A stretch of 49,970 nt of DNA, taken from Candidatus Saccharimonadales bacterium (GTDB lineage Bacteria > Patescibacteriota > Saccharimonadia > Saccharimonadales > UBA4665). A program made the position numbers and the translations under genes. The notes beneath the pieces were generated by a model that made no database searches, was not told the origin of the DNA, and saw nothing but the letters and a program-made list of their open reading frames with translations. Below, in pieces: positions 14,898-23,503 of the stretch. Position 1 is the stretch's first letter; every line of letters starts with the position of its first letter. The DNA lies in contig JBBRLU010000001.1 in assembly GCA_038231175.1 (NCBI GenBank), positions 1-49,970 of the forward strand. The letters are read 5' to 3'.

Positions 14898-16631
14898 ATG
14901 GATAGTTCGCGATACAAGCGGCGTGAAACACAAACAAGACGCCACCTAACAAACGATTTCCGGGGACCAGCTGCAGCGGTCCGATCGGCTCGTTCGATGG
15001 ACCCTTTTACGGTCAGCCGACCGACCACCCCCTCGGCACAAGCGCCAGCCGCGCCGGCAGTGCTGGCTGTCGCCCCAGTTCAGCTAGTACCAGTGCAGCG
15101 CGCCCCTGATCCGGCGCCAACCTTATTAGAGCCGATAACCGTCGCTCGGGCGCCGCAGCCGCTAGCGCCAGCCGCCAGTGCCGATCAACCGCCTAGCGGC
15201 CTACCGAACCGGCCGCTGCCTATCAGCATGGCCATCCCTGGCGCCCCCAGCCCCGAAAAAGCGGCCGGCGTCAGAGTCTTGAAGAGCCGCTGGAAAGCCA
15301 TCCGCAAGTGGACCTTCCGTAGTACGGCCATCGTCTTAGTGTTGGTGATCGCCGGCGGCGGCCTGGTCGTATCCCAAGGCTGGCTGAAGGCTAAAAAAGT
15401 TTTTCGTGGTGGTACTAGCTCGGCGGCCGCCCTGCAGACCAATGTCAATCCACAGTTATTAAAAGGTGAGGGCGACGGCCGGATCAACGTCCTGCTGCTC
15501 GGCCGCGGTGGCGGCAGCCACGACGCCCCTGACCTGACCGACACCATGATGGTAGCCAGCATCGACCCGGTCAACCACACCTCGACGCTGCTCAGCATCC
15601 CACGCGATATGTATGTCAAGGTCGACGGTGCCGGCTCGATGAAGATCAACGCCGCCTGGGAAACGGGCAAATATAAGTACCTCGGCAAAGTCTCACCCAA
15701 CAACCCGAGCGCCCAGGGAACGCTGGCCGGTTTTACGACCGTCGACCAGGTCGTCGAGAAGGTTATCGGCGTGCCGATCCATTACAACGTACTGATTGAT
15801 TTTGACGCCTTCAAGCAGGCCGTCGACACCGTCGGTGGTGTCACGGTCACGGTGCCGGAAAACCTGGTCGACCCGACCATCGCTTGGGAAAACGCCAATA
15901 ATCCGATTATCGCTAAAGTCGGCGCCCAGAACTTTAACGGCCGCCAAGCTTTGCTCTACAGTCGATCGCGCGAAACCAGTAGCGACTTTGCCCGTGGCCA
16001 ACGCCAACGTGCCGTCTTACTAGCCCTCAAAGAAAAAGTCAGTACCCTCGGCACGCTCGCCAACCCGACCAAGCTGGCCAGCTTAGCCAACGCTTTCGGC
16101 AGCAACGTCCAGACCGACCTCAGCCTCAGCGACGCCACCCACTTTGCCGACATCATCAAGGATATCAATAACACTAACGTCAACTCCATCGGCCTGGCCG
16201 ATGCGCCCAACAGCTACGTCACTACCGCTACTGTCGGCAACCAGTCGGTCGTCCAGCCCAAGGCTGGTGACGGAAACTTCAGCGCCATCCAGACCTTTGT
16301 CCGGGGCCAGCTGAAAGACCCGTACCTCATGAAAGAGCAGGCCAAGATCCAGGTCTATAACGGTACCACCGTGGCTGGCCTGGCCGGGACCCAGGCCGAT
16401 ACCCTCAAGAGCTATGGCTACACCGTCACCGGCACCGGTAACGCCCCGACCAAGGGCTATGCCCAGACGATAGTCGTCGACCTGACGGCCGGCGCCAAGA
16501 AATATACCAAGCACTACCTCGAGCAGCGTTACGGCGTAACGGCGGTGACGACACTGCCGGACGCTACGATTACCCCGAATGGCGCCGACTTTGTTATCAT
16601 AGTAGGGAATGATTCGACCACTACTAACTAA
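14898..16631 (+). CDS. LytR-CpsA-Psr (LCP) family cell-wall glycopolymer ligase with C-terminal LytR_C-like domain
   Basis: Pro/Ala-rich N-terminus, a TM helix, the LCP core (NVLLLGRGGG...DLTDTMMVASIDP...LLSIPRDMYV...RSR...DFARGQRQ), and a C-terminal IQVYNGTTVAGLAG segment. The start could be a downstream Met. Confidence 0.85.
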   Translation: MDSSRYKRRETQTRRHLTNDFRGPAAAVRSARSMDPFTVSRPTTPSAQAPAAPAVLAVAPVQLVPVQRAPDPAPTLLEPITVARAPQPLAPAASADQPPSGLPNRPLPISMAIPGAPSPEKAAGVRVLKSRWKAIRKWTFRSTAIVLVLVIAGGGLVVSQGWLKAKKVFRGGTSSAAALQTNVNPQLLKGEGDGRINVLLLGRGGGSHDAPDLTDTMMVASIDPVNHTSTLLSIPRDMYVKVDGAGSMKINAAWETGKYKYLGKVSPNNPSAQGTLAGFTTVDQVVEKVIGVPIHYNVLIDFDAFKQAVDTVGGVTVTVPENLVDPTIAWENANNPIIAKVGAQNFNGRQALLYSRSRETSSDFARGQRQRAVLLALKEKVSTLGTLANPTKLASLANAFGSNVQTDLSLSDATHFADIIKDINNTNVNSIGLADAPNSYVTTATVGNQSVVQPKAGDGNFSAIQTFVRGQLKDPYLMKEQAKIQVYNGTTVAGLAGTQADTLKSYGYTVTGTGNAPTKGYAQTIVVDLTAGAKKYTKHYLEQRYGVTAVTTLPDATITPNGADFVIIVGNDSTTTN

Positions 16632-17361
16632 GGTCAAGCCGACTGCCGGTTTTGCCAATATCTTTCACTTGCTGCTGCTGATCACGCTGCCGGCCGTAGT
16701 GTTCATTTTAGTCCGCCTGAATTTTGAGCTGTTGGCGCTGAACACCATCATTCTTAGTAAGTGGCGGATGTTTGCCGTCCGACCACGCTTCTGGGCAGCT
16801 AATATCCGGGCTAACGCCATCGATATCATCGTCGGACTGTCGGCCGTCTTATTCATGACTCATTCAACCAGCCTGGCGTTGCAGGGGTTGTATGCCGTGT
16901 CATACGGCGGCTGGCTGATCTTTATCAAACCGCGTAGCAGCTTGTTATTCACGTCTTTGCAAGCCGCGATCGGCCAGTTATGCGGCCTGATGGCGCTGTA
17001 TCTGACCTGGGCCGCCGGACCGCTGGTCGGGCTGGTCTTCGTGACCGGCATCATCTGTTTCTTGGCGGCCCGGCACTTCTTTGATAGTTTCAACGAGCCG
17101 TACGCTAGGCTGCTAGCCTTCCTGTGGGGTTATTTCGGCGCCGCCCTGGCCTGGCTGCTGGGGCACTGGCTGCTGTTTTACCAACTGATCGCTCAACCGA
17201 CGCTGCTACTGAGCGCCCTGGGGTATGGTCTAGCAGTTTTATATTACTTAGATCACCACGGCCGGCTCAACAAAGGTCTGCAACAACAGTTTGTATTAGT
17301 CATGTTTGCCATTATCTTGCTGGTCCTGACGCTGTCCGATTGGGGCGATAAAGCCGTCTAA
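16609..17361 (+). CDS. Polytopic integral membrane protein, function unknown
   Basis: About 6-7 hydrophobic helices. The ATG overlaps the LCP gene 3' end by 23 nt. No motif recognised. Confidence 0.6.
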   Translation: MIRPLLTKVKPTAGFANIFHLLLLITLPAVVFILVRLNFELLALNTIILSKWRMFAVRPRFWAANIRANAIDIIVGLSAVLFMTHSTSLALQGLYAVSYGGWLIFIKPRSSLLFTSLQAAIGQLCGLMALYLTWAAGPLVGLVFVTGIICFLAARHFFDSFNEPYARLLAFLWGYFGAALAWLLGHWLLFYQLIAQPTLLLSALGYGLAVLYYLDHHGRLNKGLQQQFVLVMFAIILLVLTLSDWGDKAV

Positions 17362-17450
17362 GGGTGCTAATTTTAATTGCGAAAGCCTGCGCACTAGCTT
17401 AAGATTAATCTGAACAAGTCAGATAAAAGTCATTATGTGGAGGAGTTACC

Positions 17451-18791
17451 ATGCCTGATGTACCAGCCGACCAAGCAACCACCGCACCAAAACCCGATGT
17501 GGTTGCGCCAGCGCCTAGGGCAGCTTCGGCGGCTAATCGCCGTAGCGTCACTTTAACGCTTCCAGAATTAAAACGGCCAACCGTAGCTGTTGTGCTGACC
17601 AGCGGCCGGCTGCGCAGCGGTCTGCTAGCTGCCGCTTTTCTGCTGACGGCCGTCCTCGGCGGCGTCGGTGGTGGCTGGCTCGAAGCCCACCAGGAAAACA
17701 ACGGCTCCGGCTTCGGCTTCGGTGGTGGCTCGCTCAGTAACCAGAAGAAGATCGTCAGTAGCCAAAGTCAGCTCATCAGCCAGATAGCCAAGACTGTCGG
17801 TCCCAGCGTCGTCAGCGCTGCGCCGACCGGTTTCGAGAGCTTATTCGGCTCCAGCGGTGGCAGCGGTTCGCAGATGGTAGCCGCCGCCGGCACCGGCATC
17901 ATCATCCGTAAGGACGGCATCATCGTTACCAACCGCCACGTCGTACCGGCAGGCACCAACAGCGTCAGTGTCACGCTGAGCGACGGCACCGAATTAAAAG
18001 ACGTCAGCGTCATCGGCCGCACCAAAACCAGCGACACCCTCGATATCGCCTTTTTAAAGATCAATGACGCTAAAGGTCATAAACTGACGGCGGCCCGTAT
18101 CGGCGACTCGTCGACGGTCCAGGTCGGTGACGACGCCGTCGCTATCGGTAACGCCCTCGGCCAGTTCCAGAACACCGTCACCAGCGGTATTATTTCCGGC
18201 TATGGCCGGACCGTCCAAGCCAGCTCCGGCGGCGGTGACGGCAGTGCACCCGCCGCCCCCGGCGACACCGAGAACCTCGACAACCTGTTTCAGACCGACG
18301 CCGCCATCAATGAGGGCAACTCCGGCGGGCCGTTGGTTAACCTGAACGGGCAGGTGATAGGCATCAATACCGCTATCGCTGGCAACGCCCAGAACGTCGG
18401 CTTCTCAATTCCGATAAACGATGTCAAAGGCCTGATCAGCTCGGTCCTGAAGACCGGCAAAGTCGTCCGGCCGTACCTCGGCGTCCATTACGTCGCCGTC
18501 ACGGCCGACGTCGCCAAGCAGTTCGATCTACGTGTCAGCAACGGCGCGTTCATCGCCCCGGCCTTAGCCGCCAGCGACTCGTCGGTGGTCCTCGACAGCC
18601 CGGCCGACAAGGCTGGACTGAAAGAGCGCGATGTCATCACCAAAGTCGCCGGCCAGAACATCGACCAGACCCATAGCCTGACCAGCCTGCTCGGCCAACA
18701 CCAACCCGGCGACAAGATAGCCCTGACTATCGTCCGTGACGGCAAGACCCGGACCGTCGATGCCACGCTCGGCGCCACCCCGGTTAACTGA
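17451..18791 (+). CDS. htrA: HtrA/DegP-family serine protease (S1C) with one PDZ domain, membrane-anchored
   Basis: Triad contexts TNRHVV, DIAFLKI and GNSGGPLVNLNGQVIGINTAI. C-terminal PDZ (GDKIALTIVRDGK). SD GGAGGAG precedes the ATG. Confidence 0.9.
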   Translation: MPDVPADQATTAPKPDVVAPAPRAASAANRRSVTLTLPELKRPTVAVVLTSGRLRSGLLAAAFLLTAVLGGVGGGWLEAHQENNGSGFGFGGGSLSNQKKIVSSQSQLISQIAKTVGPSVVSAAPTGFESLFGSSGGSGSQMVAAAGTGIIIRKDGIIVTNRHVVPAGTNSVSVTLSDGTELKDVSVIGRTKTSDTLDIAFLKINDAKGHKLTAARIGDSSTVQVGDDAVAIGNALGQFQNTVTSGIISGYGRTVQASSGGGDGSAPAAPGDTENLDNLFQTDAAINEGNSGGPLVNLNGQVIGINTAIAGNAQNVGFSIPINDVKGLISSVLKTGKVVRPYLGVHYVAVTADVAKQFDLRVSNGAFIAPALAASDSSVVLDSPADKAGLKERDVITKVAGQNIDQTHSLTSLLGQHQPGDKIALTIVRDGKTRTVDATLGATPVN

Positions 18792-18795
18792 ACTG

Positions 18796-18828
18796 GTGAA
18801 TGTTGGACTTGAATTGACCAACATTTAC
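18796..18828. promoter_or_regulatory. Inverted repeat (11 bp arms, one mismatch, 11-nt spacer) overlapping the antitoxin promoter; probable operator
   Basis: GTGAATGTTGG-acttgaattga-CCAACATTTAC, located between the htrA stop and the phd-like ATG. Confidence 0.45.
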
Positions 18829-18837
18829 CAGGATAAT
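18809..18837 (+). promoter_or_regulatory. Promoter TTGAAT-17 nt-GATAAT, 6 nt from the antitoxin ATG
   Basis: TTGAAT at 18809-18814, GATAAT at 18832-18837, ATG at 18844. No SD. Confidence 0.4.
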
Positions 18838-18843
18838 CAAGGT

Positions 18844-18981
18844 ATGCCTAAAGTTATCTCTATCTACGACGCCAAGACTAATCTCAGTAAATTAGTCAAA
18901 CAAGCCGAAGCCGGCCAGACCATTTATATCGGGGATTACGGTAAGCTGCAAGCCATCCTGGCACCTGCGCCGGCCAAGTAA
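18844..18981 (+). CDS. Phd/YefM-type antitoxin, short (45 aa; only the N-terminal domain is present)
   Basis: MPKVISIYDAKTNLSKLVKQAEAGQTIYIGDYGKLQAILAP matches the Phd/YefM N-terminal pattern (..AK.NLS.L...V..G..I.I...GK..A.L.P). It lacks the usual C-terminal toxin-binding half. Confidence 0.7.
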   Translation: MPKVISIYDAKTNLSKLVKQAEAGQTIYIGDYGKLQAILAPAPAK

Positions 18982-18985
18982 AAAT

Positions 18986-19381
18986 ATAATAATCGACACC
19001 CACACGCTAGTCTGGTTGCTATTCGGAGAAGAAAAGTTGACGCCTATAGCAAGAGCAGCAGTTGAACAGGCAGAGCAAGTTTCGGTCTCTATAGTTTCGC
19101 TCTGGGAGCTCGCAATTAAATTTAGTGCGCAAAAACTTCCCTATGCTCCTTCTGTATTAGCTGAAGGTATTGTGTAACTAGGAGTTGCTGAATTACCAAT
19201 CCGAAATCAGCACCTTGTCGTCCTTCCAAGAGTAAAATCGCTGCACAAAGACCAGTTTGACAGGCTACTAATTGCCCAAGCTCACAGCGAGCGCAGTTAC
19301 TTCCTAACGGCCGATAAAAATATTCTGCAGTCCTCGTACCAAACTATCGACGCGACGCGTCAAGCAGCGGCCTTGAGCTGA
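18986..19381 (+). pseudogene. VapC-like PIN-domain toxin, disrupted (in-frame TAA at 19175-19177; no canonical start codon)
   Basis: The frame reads IIIDTHTLVWLLFGEEKL...SIVSLWELAIKF...GIV*LGVAELPIRNQHL..LPRVKSLHKDQFDRLLIAQA...LTADKNI. All four PIN acidic positions are recognisable. The first codon context is ATA ATA ATC with no upstream in-frame ATG/GTG/TTG. The 3' end overlaps the prmC 3' end. Confidence 0.7.
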
Positions 19382-20208
19382 AATAACTGAATGAAGCAGG
19401 CCGTCTTGGTATGGCTATAGCCGCAACCATCGGCAATAGCTGCTAATGCTTCATGCGAGTCGGGCAAGGCCTCAGTTAAAATATACAACGGCTTATTTGC
19501 AACGATTTTGATCTGGCCGAATAGTTTACGATATAAATCCAGGCCATCAGGGCCACCAAAGATGGCAATCTTCGGCTCGTGCCTGGCAGCCGTGTTAATT
19601 ACAAAATCATCTGGCACGTAGGGTAGGTTGCACAGTAGGACATCGAAGCCGTGGGGAGCATTAGCCAGTAAGTCGCTGTGCACGACCGGTGTGGCCGTAG
19701 ACAAATTTATAACGTTCGTCTGAGCAACGGCCAAGGCCGCCTCATCGATCTCTAACAGCGTAACCTGGGCCGTCGCTAGTTCCAGAGCGGCCGTAATACC
19801 GAGGGCGCCACTACCGGTTCCGACGTCGGCCAGTCGCCACGTCCGGCCGTCCAGCGGTACCAGGGTTCGGTAGTCCAAGCCGGTAATCAGCTCTTTGAGC
19901 AGGTCGATCATGGTCTCGGTTTCCGGGCGTGGCACCAGCACCGCCGGTCCGACTACGAACTCCCGGCCATAAAATTCGGCATGGCCGCGCACATAAGCGA
20001 GTGGCACATGAGCGGCCCGTTGCCTGAGCAACTTTGTGAGTCGTCTGACCTGGAGGGCTGATAATTCCAGCTCCGGGTGGGCCAGAATATAGCCTCGATC
20101 ACGGGCCGTGGCGTCGGCTAACAGCACCAAGGCGTCCAGCCGAGCAGTGGCGATCCCGGCACCGTTAAGCTGGGTGACGGCCGGCTGCAACCATTCCTGA
20201 ACAGTCAT
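19360..20208 (-). CDS. prmC: Release-factor glutamine N5-methyltransferase (PrmC/HemK)
   Basis: SAM motif DVGTGSGALG and an NPPY-like motif CNLPYVP. It sits immediately downstream of prfA. Confidence 0.88.
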   Translation of the reverse strand: MTVQEWLQPAVTQLNGAGIATARLDALVLLADATARDRGYILAHPELELSALQVRRLTKLLRQRAAHVPLAYVRGHAEFYGREFVVGPAVLVPRPETETMIDLLKELITGLDYRTLVPLDGRTWRLADVGTGSGALGITAALELATAQVTLLEIDEAALAVAQTNVINLSTATPVVHSDLLANAPHGFDVLLCNLPYVPDDFVINTAARHEPKIAIFGGPDGLDLYRKLFGQIKIVANKPLYILTEALPDSHEALAAIADGCGYSHTKTACFIQLFQLKAAA

Positions 20209-20216
20209 ACTTATAA

Positions 20217-21275
20217 TTATTCGCTGCTGATCAGTTCGTGTTCGGCGGCTAAGAGGGCAGAAATGAGGTCGTCGATATCACCGGCTAAAGCGCCCGGGAT
20301 GTTGGAGCGCGAGTAGCCGATCCGGTGATCGGTGATCCGGTCCTGCGGAAAGTTATAAGTCCGGATCTTTTCGGAGCGGTCGCCGGAGCCGATCAGTTTT
20401 TTGCGGGCGTCAGATAATTGCTGGGCTTCGCCGTCGATCTTGATCTGTAGTAAGCGGGCCCGTAATACGCCCATGGCCTTGGCCTTGTTTTTGATCTGCG
20501 ATTTCTCGTCCTGGTTCGACACCACTAGACCGGAGGGCAGGTGGGTGATACGGACGGCCGAGTCGGTGGTGTTGACCGATTGGCCGCCGTGGCCGCCGGA
20601 GCGGTAGACGTCGATCCGCAGGTCGCCGGGGTTGATCTCGATATCTTCTTCTTCGGCCTCTGGCAAGACGGCGACCGTGACGGTAGAAGTGTGGATCCGG
20701 CCTTGGCTCTCGGTGCTGGGCACGCGCTGGACGCGGTGGACACCGGCCTCAAATTTCAGTTGTTTGTAGGCTTCGACGCCGCGTAGGGCAAAGGTAACAT
20801 CTTTAAAACCACCGACGCTGTCATTGGCCGACTCGGTTAATAACTCAAGTTTAAAGTTATGGACTTCGGCCCAGCGGGCATACATGCGGTACAGCTCGCC
20901 GGCGAACAGGCTGGACTCGTCGCCACCGGCGGCGGCCCGGATCTCGATGATCACATCACGGTCGTTATTGGGGTCGGTCGGGGTCAGAGCCTCGATCAGC
21001 TTGGTCTCAGTGGCCGCTAAGGCAGTGTCTATGTCGGCAATTTCCAGGCGAGCCATGTCCTGTACGTCGGCGTCCTGGCCGTGTAACAGTTCCTCGGCCG
21101 ACAGCCTGTCGGCGCTCAGCTTGGCCTTCAAAGCGAATAATGCCAGCAGATCGTCGACGGCACTCTTGCGTTTGGCCAGCTTAGGGTAGCTTGGGTCGCT
21201 GTAAATCGACGGCTCGGCTAGCTTGGCGCCCAACTCGGCCTGCTCGGTTCGTAATTGTTGTTCTTTGGCTTCCAT
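20217..21275 (-). CDS. prfA: Peptide chain release factor 1
   Basis: GGQ motif ([21 protein letters not shown]) and an RF1-type PxT tripeptide context ([16 protein letters not shown]). Confidence 0.95.
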   Translation of the reverse strand: MEAKEQQLRTEQAELGAKLAEPSIYSDPSYPKLAKRKSAVDDLLALFALKAKLSADRLSAEELLHGQDADVQDMARLEIADIDTALAATETKLIEALTPTDPNNDRDVIIEIRAAAGGDESSLFAGELYRMYARWAEVHNFKLELLTESANDSVGGFKDVTFALRGVEAYKQLKFEAGVHRVQRVPSTESQGRIHTSTVTVAVLPEAEEEDIEINPGDLRIDVYRSGGHGGQSVNTTDSAVRITHLPSGLVVSNQDEKSQIKNKAKAMGVLRARLLQIKIDGEAQQLSDARKKLIGSGDRSEKIRTYNFPQDRITDHRIGYSRSNIPGALAGDIDDLISALLAAEHELISSE

Positions 21276-21294
21276 ATGTTGTCAGTATCCTATA

Positions 21295-21330
21295 AAAAAC
21301 GGACCACGTACAGTGACGCGGTCCGTTTAT
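21295..21330 (-). terminator. Rho-independent terminator downstream of rpmE
   Basis: The - strand reads AAACGGACC-gcgtcactgtacgt-GGTCCGTTTTTT, a 7-9 bp stem plus a T-run. Confidence 0.7.
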
Positions 21331-21341
21331 TAGTTTTGTAG

Positions 21342-21716
21342 CTAGGCCTTGGCGGCAGGAGCTGGGGTAAGCTTGGCGCTGGCGCCGGCAGTTTCAGCTT
21401 TTTCAATCTTGGCGGCGGTGCGCTTGGCGGCTTTCTGAGCCTGAGCGGCCCGCTTATCTTTGTTGGCGGCACCGGCAGCGGCGCGGGCCTTAAACTTGTC
21501 GACGCGACCTTCAATATCGAGGATGCGCTCTTCGCCGGTAAAGAACGGGTGACTGGCGGCGCTGATGTGCACCTTCAGCAGCGGGTATTCTTTGCCGTCA
21601 TCCCACTTGGTGCTGCCTTCGGCAGCTACCGTCGAACGGGTCAGAATCCGGGCGCCATTGTTTAGGTCTTCAAAGACTACCAGGCGGTAATTATCGGGGT
21701 GAATGGCTTTTTTCAT
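21342..21716 (-). CDS. rpmE: 50S ribosomal protein L31 (type B, no CxxC) with ~45-aa Lys/Ala-rich C-terminal extension
   Basis: MKKAIHPDNY...ISAASHPFFTGEERILDIEGRVDKF. SD GAGGA lies upstream of the ATG at 21716. The longer ORF call (to 21776) is an upstream extension. Confidence 0.88.
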   Translation of the reverse strand: MKKAIHPDNYRLVVFEDLNNGARILTRSTVAAEGSTKWDDGKEYPLLKVHISAASHPFFTGEERILDIEGRVDKFKARAAAGAANKDKRAAQAQKAAKRTAAKIEKAETAGASAKLTPAPAAKA

Positions 21717-21848
21717 AACTTGTCCTCGTGCTCGGTTAATTCGTTGGTTAGCGGTGAGCGGGGCCGCAGTCAACATTTATGTAATATCTGATATTGTACA
21801 CCTCTGTTAACCAAAACTCAAGACTGACTCTGAGCAGTCATCTTGGCT

Positions 21849-22628
21849 ATGCCAAAGTGCTGGCGCTTTGAAACTATCGGCGATCGTAGTTTAACACATC
21901 ACATGCAAGTCACTATTGGTGCTAATCCGGAAAAGCCGCTGCTCGAGGCCCAGCTGACACACCAAGCAGTCGAGGTGCTGATGGGGCGGCCGGGGTTTGC
22001 CGAGCTACGAGCTAGCTTTACTTCGCCAGGTGGCAACAAAGATATCCGCCAGAGTCAAACCAACGACCATGAAACATACTCACTACTAGCCAAACGCATC
22101 GGTAAGCGTCCACAACAAGCCCACGAGCAGCACCTGCGGCCATTCGTGAGGTTATTGGAATGGGGCTGTATCGTCAAAGATTCCGAGGACGCTGTTACGA
22201 CTAGTCTGCAGGAGATTGAGTCGCAGCCATCACTCAGTGGTGAGTATCATGTCGAAACCAGGGTCCTATGGCCACAAACGCAAGATGAACAGGTCATAGA
22301 GTTCGCCACCACGGCGATGCAGCAATTTGGTAAGCAGCTACGGTTCGGTGCCTATAATCAGCCTTCGAAATACGACTGTGAAATCGGGTTGACCTACCGA
22401 CAAAAAATTAAAAGACTGACCGACGAAGACGAGCACGTCAGGGAAGGCTTCAGTACCGTCGATATCCATACGTTTGCCAGCAGCTATCCCCGGGCACGGG
22501 GTGCCTTTTGCGATAAGGATTATTTTTTCGAAATAGCTGGCAACCGGCTCAAATCGCACACAGAGCAGCTGATTTACCTCGTCGGCGTAACCGCCATCGG
22601 CTGCGCTGACCAGTTTGCGTCTTCTTAG
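21849..22628 (+). CDS. Hypothetical cytoplasmic protein (259 aa), no recognisable family
   Basis: Long ORF with ordinary amino-acid composition and no TM helix or signal peptide. The start is uncertain (TTG 21843 or ATG 21849). Its C-terminal motif SHTEQLIYLVGVTAIG resembles that of the next ORF. Confidence 0.55.
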   Translation: MPKCWRFETIGDRSLTHHMQVTIGANPEKPLLEAQLTHQAVEVLMGRPGFAELRASFTSPGGNKDIRQSQTNDHETYSLLAKRIGKRPQQAHEQHLRPFVRLLEWGCIVKDSEDAVTTSLQEIESQPSLSGEYHVETRVLWPQTQDEQVIEFATTAMQQFGKQLRFGAYNQPSKYDCEIGLTYRQKIKRLTDEDEHVREGFSTVDIHTFASSYPRARGAFCDKDYFFEIAGNRLKSHTEQLIYLVGVTAIGCADQFASS

Positions 22629-22669
22629 CTAATCGCTCATGCTTGCAATTAAAGCTTATTCGTTCAAGA

Positions 22670-23368
22670 ATGAATCCTATGGAAAATCTGCGCTTCACTA
22701 TCGACACCGTAACTGAATCCGGTAGCCGGCTATCTATGGACATCCCCGACAAGATGCTAGGACGCTTCGAGATCAATAGCTATGGTTTACAGGGGGATAT
22801 TTCCCGTCGAAACGGTATCATCAGCGTCAGCGATAGCGGTGCAGGTGTCCGATATTCTTTTGATTTGGGCCGAGCCGGTAGTGCGACCGGACGCGATCAG
22901 CTTCTACAGACAGCCGTAGCACTCATTAAAACAGCCCAAGCTACCGCGCTTATCACTACATATGATTGCGCCGATGCATACGTCTCGCTAGCTCCGATCG
23001 TTGGTGGGCACTTGAAAATCGCCGGTCGCAAACTGCCATTGAATGTCGTTCTCCCGAGTGATGTTTTGAAACTGGTGGACACCGATCCAGCCGTCCGGGT
23101 CATGCGTGATGTCTACGAAGATTTACTCGATCCTTACGGCGATAGCCTGTCTTCAAGGGGTAAGGTCGGTATCGACCTCGACCCTGATAATGGTCTATCG
23201 ATGTGGCTTGGCAGCTCCCAAACCGAAATGATTAGTTCAAGAAATTATGATCGTTCAGCAGCATCTGTAGTCCTGGGCGGTGAGGTCAGCGGCCACGCCC
23301 AGCAGCTTGTGCTGATGGCCGGCGCCATCAGCCTCGGCCGAACCGTCGAACAGCTCGAATCAGCCTGA
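22670..23368 (+). CDS. Hypothetical cytoplasmic protein (~232 aa), no recognisable family
   Basis: Long ORF. The start is uncertain (TTG 22643, ATG 22670 or ATG 22679). C-terminal motif GHAQQLVLMAGAISLG. No TM helix or signal peptide. Confidence 0.55.
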   Translation: MNPMENLRFTIDTVTESGSRLSMDIPDKMLGRFEINSYGLQGDISRRNGIISVSDSGAGVRYSFDLGRAGSATGRDQLLQTAVALIKTAQATALITTYDCADAYVSLAPIVGGHLKIAGRKLPLNVVLPSDVLKLVDTDPAVRVMRDVYEDLLDPYGDSLSSRGKVGIDLDPDNGLSMWLGSSQTEMISSRNYDRSAASVVLGGEVSGHAQQLVLMAGAISLGRTVEQLESA

Positions 23369-23375
23369 CTTAGGG

Positions 23376-23404
23376 TTGAATCTAGCAATCATATCTGTTA
23401 AACT
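23376..23404 (+). promoter_or_regulatory. rpsB promoter, TTGAAT-17 nt-(TGt)TAAACT
   Basis: TTGAAT at 23376-23381 and extended -10 TGTTAAACT at 23396-23404. This predicts a ~90-nt leader. Confidence 0.5.
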
Positions 23405-23442
23405 GACAAAGTAACAAATTAAGCAGCTTGGGAACCAATCCT

Positions 23443-23473
23443 CCCGATTGCCATCCGTGTAGGACCAATCGGG
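23443..23473 (+). promoter_or_regulatory. Hairpin in the rpsB 5' leader (8-bp stem CCCGATTG/CAATCGGG, 15-nt loop)
   Basis: Perfect 8-bp complementarity. An upstream copy of CCAATC (23435-23440) could pair alternatively with GATTG. Confidence 0.4.
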
Positions 23474-23503
23474 CACCCTTGCAAAGAGAAAGGACACACC
23501 ACC

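Noticed and set aside
19175-19177. In-frame TAA in the PIN gene as possible stop-codon reassignment or readthrough.
   Set aside because: TAA terminates many conserved genes here at their expected ends (parA, rpsB, tsf, secA). The gene also lacks a start codon, so pseudogenisation is the simpler explanation.
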